Positions 52,795 to 64,000 of a DNA stretch of 64,000 nt are shown in pieces. A program made the translations under genes and the position numbers. The notes beneath the pieces were generated by a model, which ran no database searches, was not told the origin of the DNA, and worked only from the letters and a program-made list of their open reading frames with translations. The DNA comes from Eledone cirrhosa. Taxonomy: Eukaryota. Each line of letters opens with the position of its first letter. The stretch's first letter is position 1. Where the stretch lies: assembly GCA_964016885.1 (NCBI GenBank), contig OZ024752.1, positions 37,448,001 to 37,512,000 of the forward strand, written 5' to 3'.

Positions 52795-53570
52795 AAACCT
52801 GGAAACTACTACTATTGCTACTACTACTACTACTTACAAACCTGGGAACTACTACTACTACTACTTACAAACCTGGAAACTACTACTACTACTACTACTA
52901 CTTACAAACCTGGAAACTACTACTACTACTACTACTACTTACAAACCTGGGAACTACTACTACTACTACTACTACTTACAAACCTGGAAACTACTACTAC
53001 TACTACTACTACTACCACTACTACTACTTACAAACCTGGGAACTACTAAATACTACTACTACTAAATACTACTACTACCACTACTACTACTTACAAACCT
53101 GGGAACTACTACTACTACTACTACTTACAAACCTGGAAACTACTACTACTACTACTACTACTACTACCACTACTACTACTTACAAACCTGGGAACTACTA
53201 AATACTACTACTACTAAATACTACTACTACCACTACTACTACTTACAAACCTGGAAACTACTACTACTACTACTTACAAACCTGGGAACTACTACTACTA
53301 CTACTACCACTACTACTACTTACAAACCTGGGAACTACTAAATACTACTACTACTAAATACTACTACTACCACTACTACTACTTACAAACCTGGAAACTA
53401 CTACTACTACTACTACTAACAAACTTGGGGAACTACTAAATACTACTACTATTACTACTACTACTACTACTTACAAACTTGGGGGAACTACTAAATACTA
53501 CTACTACTACTACTACCACTACTACTACTACCACTACTACTACCACCACTACTACTACTACCACCACCAC
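52795..53570. repeat. (CTA)n microsatellite punctuated by a fixed ttacaaacctgg(a/g)aa linker
   Basis: About 16 linker copies separated by variable CTA runs. Confidence 0.9.
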
Positions 53571-54057
53571 TTTATATGTGGTATTGCTTTCTCTCTCCAT
53601 ATTATCATGGAAAAATTTGGTGGGAGGAAGGGTTACAATTTGGTTGTGTGAAGGACTTTGTCAATTTACTAATATATAGTAAATGTTGTTGTTGTTGTTC
53701 TTGTTGTTGTTGTTTAGCCCCAGGTTAGCTTTGATCAGTGTCTCTAACACCAGCTGCAAGAGAGAGAGAGAGGAAGGGAGGAAGTTAACCTCAAGTTAAC
53801 CTGGAGACTTACCTTGAATGCTTGCAACAGAGTGGAATCTGCTAGAGGCATCCATGGACTAGGTGGTGCCAAGGACTGACCTTCAATTGCTGAGGCCCTA
53901 AGCTAAGCTATATGAAATTTGAGACCCTCTATAAAATTATTTTTTTTTATATTAATGATAAAGAATATATATATATATATCTATGATCGTCGGCAAATCA
54001 CTGATGAGGGACTCATTTTATTACATGTTATCCATGCGCTACCTGCAGTATTTTTCT

Positions 54058-54105
<48 letters not shown>

Positions 54106-54396
54106 TCATCGGGTTTAGCGTCCGTGTTCCACGCTTGCATGGGTTTGGACGGGGATTTTCCCACTTGAGGCAAGAGTGGTTGTCTTGCTCGCATAGGACT
54201 GTCTGGCGGGTTTTCTACAGCTGGATGCCTTTCCTAACACCAACCACATTTACAGTGTGGGGCTGGGAGGTTTTTACCGTGCTGCCTACACGGCCACATT
54301 ACAGCGAGGACTATCTGGCGGGTTTTCTACAGCTGGATGCCCTTCCTAACACCAACCACATTTACAGTGTGGGGCTGGGAGGTTTTTACCGTGTTG

Positions 54397-54450
<54 letters not shown>

Positions 54451-54514
54451 TAAATCTATAAATAATGAACTTTTTTTGTTTAATATAAGGAACTGTTTCA
54501 TTGTTTTATTCATT

Positions 54515-54560
<46 letters not shown>

Positions 54561-55996
54561 TAGATAGATAGATATAGAGGAACAAGGCTTAGTGGTTAGA
54601 GCATTGGCCTTGCAATCGAACGGTTGTGAGTTCAATTCTCAGACCCGGGTGATGAGTTGTTTCCTTGAGCAAGACACTTTGTTTCACATTGCTCCAGTTT
54701 ACTTAGCTGTAGAAATGAGATGATAGGGACTCGAGTCCCTATCATTCCACTGTAAAGTGGACGTGTCGGCGCCATGGCAAAAAAGCACCCAGCACTCACT
54801 GTAAATGAGGTTGGTGTTAGGAAGGGCATCCAGCTGTAGAAATCAAGCCAGAATCAGTTCCCGTCCCGCCCTTGCAAGCAGGGAAAATTCGGACGTAAAA
54901 TGAAATGATGATGATGATGATATATATATATAACAACTAGAAATTGATTAACATATAAATAAAGATATGAAACAATCACAGTGGATAATTTTTACAAGTG
55001 TGTAAGCACACACAGCTAGGTAGGTAACTAAATAAAGTTAACCAGAACTTAAAAAATAGATACCTTATAATATGATTAATCTTCCCTGTATATATTCCAT
55101 TAAAGAAATATATTTCACCAATTAATCGAATGCTCGGACCTATTCATTAGAATCTTGGAGCTTGTTTTACGGGTGATATGATATGGCGCATGCCTTGTGG
55201 CATGACACCCATAATTTTGATTTAGATTAAATTCATTTTGATTTATCTTAATTTTGGATATATATATATATATATATCATCATCATCATCATCATCATCA
55301 TCATTTTATGTCCGCTTTTCCCTGCTTGCAAGGGTGGGACAGGAACTGATTCTGACTTGATTTCTACAGCTGGATGCCCTTCCTAACACCAACCTCATTT
55401 ACAGTGAGTGCTGGGTGGCTTTTTTGCCATGGCACCTCCATGACCACTTTGCAGTGGAATGATATAGACCTCAGTCCCTATCATCTCATTTCTACAGCTG
55501 AGTAAACTGGAGCAATGTGAAATAAAGTGTTTTGCTCAAGGAAACAACACATCACCCGGTCTGAGAATTGAACTCACAACCTTTCGATTGCAAGGCCAAT
55601 GCTCTAACCACTAACCACTAAGCCATGTGCCTCCCTATATATATATATATATAGGGAGGCACATGGCTTAGTGGTTAGAGCATTGGCCTTGCAATCGAAA
55701 AGTTGTGAGTTCACTTCTCAGACCGGGTGATGTGTTGTTTCCTTGAGCAAGACACTTTATTTCACATTGCTCCAGTTTACTCAGCTGTAGAAATGAGATG
55801 ATAGGGACTGAGGTCTATATCATTCCTCTGCAAAGTGGTCGTGGAGGTGCCACGGCAAAAAAGCACCCAGCACTCACTGTAAATGAGGTTGGTGTTAGGA
55901 AGGGCATCCAGCTGTAGAAATCAAGCCAGAATCAGTTCCTGTCCCACCCTTGCAAGCAGGGAAAAGGCGGACATAAAATGAAATGATGATGAAATG

Positions 55997-56029
<33 letters not shown>

Positions 56030-56399
56030 GATTTAGGACCCTGATGGCTGAGCTCCAACTGTTTCGGCACCAGCCTGGTGAGCCTCCAAGCTTGAGACAG
56101 ATTTTAACCTTGTGATGGACTGGTGGCCTGTCAAAGAAGGAGTCTGTGTTCAGTTGTTTCACACCATGGAAACCGAGATAAGCACTGATCTGGTGAGCCT
56201 CCAGGCTCGAAACAGACTTTACACTTTTATAGAGACTGCTCTGAACTGGTAATCTATTTTATCAACCTAAAAACGCTGAAAGACAAAGTTGACCTCAGCA
56301 GGATTTGAACTCAGAGCAGAGAGAGAAAGAGTCAGAACAAATACTTGAAGTCATTTTGTCCCATATTCTTATGACTCTGCCAGCTTGCTGCTGCTTAAT

Positions 56400-56443
<44 letters not shown>

Positions 56444-59400
56444 TCTAAGTGGCAAATTCCATTATTATTTTTTCTATTTTAGAGGAAGGATTTCTTCTTG
56501 ACACCTATTGTTGTTGAAGCTCTCAGGTTATCTATTGTGGGAGGTTAATGAGATATCCCGGTAGTTCAGTGTAGAGGTCAATCAGTAAAGTAGATATTAA
56601 AAAGGAACAGACAGACAGACAGACAGACATATTCATATTACTCAGTGAATTAGTCTGGGATATTTCAGGAGATGTAACAATGATAATAAGATCAGTCTTT
56701 CTTTGTAGGTCAATGGTGAATATATTTATATGTTTGTGTCATTAATATGTGAATGTGTTGAAATAATAATTGATAGGTTGACTGATGAGGGTTGAAGTTC
56801 AGTGTTTCATGTTCTAGAGCAGAGTATAAATCAATGTCTTTTGTAGTTGTTGTTGTTGTTGTTGTTGTTGTTTGGTTTCAGGCCTGCTTTGATCAAAAGT
56901 GTTTTAGCCATGACAAACAATGCTGGTTTTCAACAAAACACCTTGCTTGGGTTTGTGCCTCAGAGAGGAACATTCTTGGTCTAAGGCCCATGGACAACTG
57001 CTGGTTTTCAACAAAAGCACCTAGCCTGGGCTTGTGCAAGCTCATGAGCTACAGCTGGTTTTCTACAAAAAAGATATTGCCTGGGCTTGTGCTTCAGAGG
57101 GAAACCTTCTAGGTGTAAGGACCATGAGCAACATCTGGTTTTCCACAAACCACCTTGCTTGGGTTTGTGCCTCAGAGAAGAACCATCTAGGTGCAAAGCT
57201 CAGAACAACAGCTGGTTTTCCACAATGACCAAAGAAGACCTCCTCATCTTCATTCTACCTGCTTTTACAGTTAATTTCCTGATATCATCATCATCATCAT
57301 TTCATTTTACGTCCGCTTTTTCCCTGCTTGCAAGGGTGGGACGGGAACTGGTTCTGGCTTGATTTCTACAGCTGGATGCCCTTCCTAACACCAACCTCAT
57401 TTACAGTGAGTGCTGGGTGCTTTTGTGCCGTGGCACCTCCACGACCACTTTACAGTGTGGGCTGGGTGCTTTTTTGCCGTGGCACCTCCACGACCACTTT
57501 GCAGTGGAATGATAGGGACCCCAGTCGCTATCATCTCATTTCTACAGCTGAGTAAACTGGAGCAATGTGAAATAAAGTGTCTTACTCAAGGAAACAATAC
57601 ATCACCCAGTCTGAGAATTGAACTCACAACCTTTCGATTGCAAGGCCAATGCTCTAACCACTAAGCCATGTGCCTCCATATGTGAATATATTAGTGTACA
57701 TTGTTTAACCCTTTAGAATTCACATTACTCTATTGTATTTTCATGGTAAACACTTTAACTCACATAATTATCTCACATAATATCGAAGTTACGTGAATTT
57801 GTTACTATTTATTTTGAGAACAATACCTTAACATAATAAATTGTTTCTACTTTTTGGCACAAGGCCAGCAATTACTCAGTGCATTACTGGTACTTTATTT
57901 TATCGACCCTGTAAGGATGAAAGGCAAAGTTAACCTCGGCGGGATTTGAACTCAGAATGGCAAGGGCCGTAACTCTATGCATCAAAGCATGGCATCCGAC
58001 TGTCTACCAATACTGCCGATCCAATACCTTTAACATAATTAATTGTTTCTACGTTAGGCACAAGGCCAGCAATTACCCAGTGCATTACTGGTACTTTATT
58101 TTATCGACCCCCCGTAAGGATGAAAGGCAAAGTCAACCTCGGCCGGATTTAAACTCAGATCGTAACGGGACGTAACTCTATGCTGGAAAGCATGGCGTCC
58201 GACCCTCTACCGATACTGCCAACATAATTCATAGCAGCTGGTTACGGCCGGTTTGAACAGAAAGAGGAGAGAGAATTCTGGCTGGATACAGCCGGTTTAA
58301 ATGCTAAAGGGTTAAAATGTAGGCTCAGTTTGTCTGAAGTATTATTGGTTTACTTTTAAGTATTACATGTGTTATCTATATAATATGGCAATTTATGTGT
58401 TTTGAAATCATCATGGTTAGAATGCTTGGAGGATATTACTTAATAGCATTAACATATTTACTAGAAGGAGCATATATAAATATGTTAGCACTAACTATAC
58501 AGAAGTCAGTGTTAACATATTTAATACAGGGAAGATATAATACAGTTATATAGAAGTTAATGTTAAAATATTTAATGCAGCATGGGGGATGCTATTATCT
58601 AACTATATAGAAGTTAGTGTTAATATATTTAGTACAGGGAGAGGGGAAAGGAGATTGGCAGTATCAGTAGAGGGTTGGACATCTTGCTTCGCAACATAGA
58701 GTTACGGCCCTTTACGATCTGACTTCCGATCCCACTGATGTTAACGTTGCCTTTCATCCTTATGGGGTCGATAAAATAAAACACCAGTAACGCACTGGGA
58801 TAATTGATAGCTTTGTGCCAAATGTAGAAACAATTATTATCTTACTATGACGGTAGATTGGCAGTATCGGTAGAGGGTCGGACGCCATGCTTTGAAGCAT
58901 AGAGTTACCTCCCTGTATGATCTGAGTTCAAATCCCGCCGAGGTTAACTTTGCCTTTCATCCTTACGGGGTCGATAAAATAAAGTACCAGTAATGCACTG
59001 GGATAATTGATAGCCTTGTGCCAAAAGTAGAAACAATTATCTTACTATTAAGCATGAAATGTCCAATTTCCTTAAGCACTAAGTTTGAGAGTTGCTATCT
59101 CTAACATTTCACCCCGAGAGTTCTTGGTTCTATTTTATTGTGCAGGTACACCATCAGGTTTTCAAATGCACTTTTTAATTTGTGATTGTCTTATGAATTG
59201 TTTGTTTCAGATCACTTTTGAAGTGAGAGTGATCCTTCTTCTAGATAGACTGCCAACCAAGACTAACCAGTTCTGTCTACTCAGCAGTAGGAATGCTCCT
59301 GAAATCTTGGGGCCTTTTACAGCTGCACAATTTGTCCTGCCATAATATGGTTATGCCATAGATGGGTCCATCTTCATGTGTTGATTCAAAAGAATTCTTG

Positions 59401-60597
59401 CCTCTTAACTTTCATAAGCATATAGAAATATTTAAGCCCATAGCTGCAAACAAGTGAAGGCATGTGGCCTAGTGGTAAGGGTGTTGAGCTTATGATCACA
59501 ATGGTGTGGGTTCAATTCCAGCACTGGGTTGTATGTTGTGTTTTTGAGCAAAACACTTCATTTCACGTTGCTCCAGTATACTCCGCTGAAAATGTGTACT
59601 AGCAATAGCTGGGGGATTAACCCTGCAATGGACTGGTGCCATGTCCAGGGGGAAGTCTTGAACTCTCTCATTTAATGTCATGGAAACCGGCATAAACACC
59701 AGCTTGATGAGTTTCCAGGCTCGAGACAAACCACTAAAACACTTATTAGTTATACTGTCCTTGCATCTGAAAGCTATGAATTGAATCTCTTGTGAGTTAA
59801 GGGCTGGAACACATGCTTAAGTTGGGGGGTTTCTTCTCTAAAGACCTCCTGATGTCCAGCTTTCCTGAGAGTTTCTTACTACTGGGAAATGTATTTCTTG
59901 TATTGACTTCTTACAGCTAAAGTAATTGAGCTAAAATAACGTCTGAACATTGCAAACTAATTCAAATTTTGGAGAGTACTGCTAGCACATCAATGGCTAA
60001 AGTTCCTCCTACATACCATCTATCCTGGAGTGGTTCCAAGTAAAAGTTATTTTTAAAAAGTCTGCAGCAATTGTGACAACAATAACTTATCATATATCAA
60101 AGTTTGCCGTCATGTCACTCTTTTTTTAATAAAAAGCACACTTCCTGTTTTTCCTCTTAAACCAGCTTCCGTGATGTCTTCTACCTTTCTTCCATAAATA
60201 TAAATTGACGACATATGTCTATGCTGTTCTCTCCTGTATATTAAGTTGTATTTTTACTTTTACTTCTCTTCTTACATGCCAGACTTTGAAGACTAATTGT
60301 CTGGCAGGGGAGGTGGTGGAGGTAGTCGCGGTGGTGGTGGCGGCGATAGTAGTAGTAGTGATGGCAGTGGGGGGTTTGTGGTACTGGTGGCTATGGTAGT
60401 GATGGTGGGCGTGGTGGCGACAGCAGCAGTGGTGGTGATGGTGGTGGCAGAGGTGGTAAGAGTCTTCCCTACACCAATCAACAGAATCTTATATCTTATA
60501 TCTATATAACCACTGATCCAGTAATATTACATATTAACATATAAATCCATGAGACTAATAATTGAAGTATGGATAACTTGTGGAATGGAATAGAAAA

Positions 60598-60654
<57 letters not shown>

Positions 60655-60796
60655 AGTGAAATGTTTCTAAAAAATATCTTACATACATACATACATATCA
60701 TCATCATCATCGTTTAACGTCCCTGTTCCACGCTTGCATGGGTTTGGACGGGGGTTTTCCCACTTGAGGCAAGAGTGGTTGTCTTGCTCGCATAGG

Positions 60797-61361
60797 ACTG
60801 TCTGGCGGGTTTTCTACAGCTGAATGCCCTTCCTAACACCAACCACATTTACAGTGTGGGGCTGGGAGGTTTTTACCGTGCTGCCTACACGGCCACATTA
60901 CAGCGTGGACTGTCTGGCGGGTTTTCTACAGCTGGATGCCCTTCCTAACACCAACCACATTTACAGTGTGGGGCTGGGAGGTTTTTACCGTGCTGCCTAC
61001 ACGGCCACATTACAGCGTGGACTGTCTGGCGGGTTTTCTACAGCTGGATGCCCTTCCTAACACCAACCACATTTACAGTGTGGGGCTGGGAGGTTTTTAC
61101 CGTGTTGCCTACACGGCCACATTACAGCGTGGACTGTCTGGCGGGTTTTCTACAGCTGGATGCCCTTCCTAACACCAACCACATTTACAGTGTGGGGCTG
61201 GGAGGTTTTTACCGTGTTGCCTACACGGCCACATTACAGCGTGGACTGTCTGGCGGGTTTTCTACAGCTGGATGCCCTTCCTAACACCAACCACATTTAC
61301 AGTGTGGGGCTGGGAGGTTTTTACCGTGTTGCCTACACAGCCACATTACAGCGTGGACTGT
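60797..61361. repeat. 112-bp tandem repeat (5 copies) inside a SINE/RTE tail
   Basis: ORF starts at 60824, 60936, 61048, 61160, 61272; two copies of the same unit at 54197-54400. Confidence 0.95.
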
Positions 61362-61713
61362 GTGTTTTTTTGTCGTGACACCTACACGATCTCGTTTGTT
61401 TTGGCCTGGATGTTGTGGCACCAACATAACTTTGCATTGAAGGGGGCGGTGTGGATGGGGTGGGACGGGGGTGTATTTTGTTAGTAGAGATGCCTACTGA
61501 CTAGTAGGTTTTACTTTGTATTTAGGTAAGGCGGGTCTTCTCTGTTACTGAGTACCGCCAAAGGTCTCGGTCCAGTGACATTGTCTTGGAGAGGTGTAAG
61601 TACATACATATATATATTTATTAAAATAATTTGCTCTACGGTTCTTATATATTTGATATATATTTATCCTTATCGAGCCCTCTTTGGATTTTAGTCTTCA
61701 AATTTATTATTAT

Positions 61714-61754
<41 letters not shown>

Positions 61755-61756
<2 letters not shown>

Positions 61757-61922
61757 GTATTTCCTGGCATCGAAGACGCTACTTTTTTCCTAAAATGTGT
61801 CTCCAAAATCTACCATGTGTTCTGGAGCATGAAGGTTGTTTAATATTTTTTTTCAAATTTTGGGTTGTCAAAATTAGGGTGTATCCTGAAGGACGAAGCA
61901 TATTTGGTGCCGGGAAATATGG
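61755..61922. mobile_element. Tc1/mariner-superfamily MITE
   Basis: ta-CCGTATTTCCTGGCATC...GGTGCCGGGAAATATGG-ta TIRs in a TA run; relative at 35010-35179. Confidence 0.75.
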
Positions 61923-62148
61923 TATATATATATATATATATAATATATAAGATCAAAAGATGGTTAAAAGAGTTCCATGTATTTTATTATGCGCATTTCA
62001 AAAACAAATATCATCATGCAATAATATTTGTGTTTTCATCAGATAAAATAGGAAGACATGATATGAAGGTTAAAAAACACTTGTGAATAGTGCAGTTTTG
62101 AATCAACATGCATTGCTTTATTGTACTACAATAAAACTCACCTCCTAC

Positions 62149-62210
<62 letters not shown>

Positions 62211-63164
62211 AATATAGAAAAGGCTTCTACAGGACTAGAACAGTTTCATTCATATGAAATCATCAGGTACACTCTGCTAATGTATTGAGTACCTTCTTTT
62301 TAACTGTGGTTACAACCATTCCCCGTCGATTTTACCTGGGGTCTACATATACATTATATATATTAAAGCAAACATCACGAGCGCTCTATCTCAAAATTAT
62401 TTTTGAAAAGCATTAGAAATGCGCAACCGGTAAAAAATTAAAACTAAAACTGAATACTAACCAATACTTATTACTAATTTATACTTATTCCTAATTAAAC
62501 TATTTTTCACTGGGAAAAATTTGTCAGCATTTTCTTTTCCTTTTACTAATACATACATACATACATACATACATACATACATACATACATACATACATAC
62601 ATACATACATACATACATACATACATACATACATACATACATACATACATACATACATACATACATACATACATACATACAGAGAGAGAGAGAGAGACAT
62701 GTTGCCAAAGGGAATAATTAGCCTTGCAGCCACAATTGCCAGTTGCAATGTTAACAATCTACCAGTGCCACCGACGCATGCATATTTTAAATAGATTTGG
62801 CTAAATTCCAGAAAGGAAGATAAGATACAGATATGCAAACGTAGAACACAGTAGAAATGAAAATATGTTCATGCAATATTAAAGAATCCATGAGAATTTG
62901 ATGGTCAGGTGTTGAGAAACAGTCAAAGAAAGAAAGTCAGTCAGGCTGTGTGCCAAAGTTTGGCAGTTCAGAAGAGTGCCAAGAGTTAAAATGGAGCTGC
63001 TGTTTTAAACATTCCATCCAATCCCTATTTTAGGTTTTTAATAATTTCATTAATTTTAGTACAATACATATTTGTTTCTACTTTAGGCACAAGGCCAGCA
63101 ATTACCCAGTTCATTACTGGTACTTTATTTTATCGACCCCGTAAGGATGAAAAGTGATATATAT

Positions 63165-63654
63165 ATGAAGGTGGGTTGAAATCTTCCATAGGCTGACTAT
63201 GAAGGATTTGATGTTAGAGCTGTGAAATCTCTTGCATGCATTAATTTCAACACTTATTAATAACTGCATTGTTTCTTTCCAGAGACTATGTTGAAAAATA
63301 AACCTCATTTGGTCATTTTATGAGAGTATCTTGGTCAGCCTTTGAAAGATTGATGTTAGGGCTGCGAAATCTTGCATGCATTAATTTCAACTCTTTTTTA
63401 TTAATAACTTCATTGTTTCTTTCCAGAGACTATGTTGAAAAATAAACCTCATTTGGTCCTTTCATGAGAGTATCTTGGTCATCCTTTGAAAGATTGATGT
63501 TAGGGCTGCGAAATCTTGCATGCATTAATTTCAACTCTTTTTTATTAATAACTTCATTGTTTCTTTCTCAGGACTATGTTGAAAAATAAACCTTATTTGG
63601 TCATTCCATGAGAGTATCTTGATGAGCCTAAGAACTTTTCAGTCAACACTCATA
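63165..63654. mobile_element. mariner-like MITE with internal ~144-bp triplication
   Basis: Reverse copy of the 404-695 family; gactatgttgaaaaataaacc repeated three times. Confidence 0.65.
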
Positions 63655-64000
63655 GGAAAGTAAAAGTTTGTTCAATAATTTTGTCTTGTCCTGAAAAATT
63701 TTTTTTTTCTAACAAATTTGTTTTCTTCAAATCTAATTAATTGCTCATAGAATTATTTGTAGTTGAAAGGATAACGGATTGAGATAAATATTGAGATAGA
63801 GAGATGATGTATTGTAAACATGTGTGAAGTTTGTCATCACTGATCGATATACAATGAAATAGTGATCATCTCCAATAATAAATTGACCCCAGTGAATTAC
63901 TGGTACTTTATTTTATCGACCCTGTAAGGATAAAAGGCAAAGCTAACCTTGATGGGATTTGAAATAATAATGGTTGGTTTCTGATTTCTGATTTAGGCAC

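Noticed and set aside
53998-54050. CTGATGA hammerhead start at 54001
   Set aside because: No matching stem II or GAAA follows; at most a fragment.

Overview
AT-rich, repeat-dense eukaryotic DNA, most likely an octopus/coleoid cephalopod genome (inferred from the SINE/RTE repertoire and microsatellite load, not from a search). One protein-coding gene is supported: a + strand ASPSCR1/TUG (UBX-domain p97 adaptor) orthologue. I assembled 18 phase-consistent GT-AG coding exons from 3154 to the stop at 40015 (1764 nt, 587 aa in the window). The first coding exon was not found and is probably upstream. The gene carries an internal tandem duplication of a two-exon cassette. Introns and the downstream 24 kb contain two abundant tRNA-type SINE families, RTE/CR1/Penelope fragments, piggyBac/Tc1-mariner/hAT/Helitron-like non-autonomous elements, and many minisatellites, several grown from retroelement tails. 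Also present are a U6 snRNA retrocopy fused to a probable retroelement tail and several long fold-back palindromes, some carrying hammerhead-ribozyme-like cores. Almost all long ORFs in the supplied track are repeat artefacts. Family assignments come from remembered motifs, not database hits.
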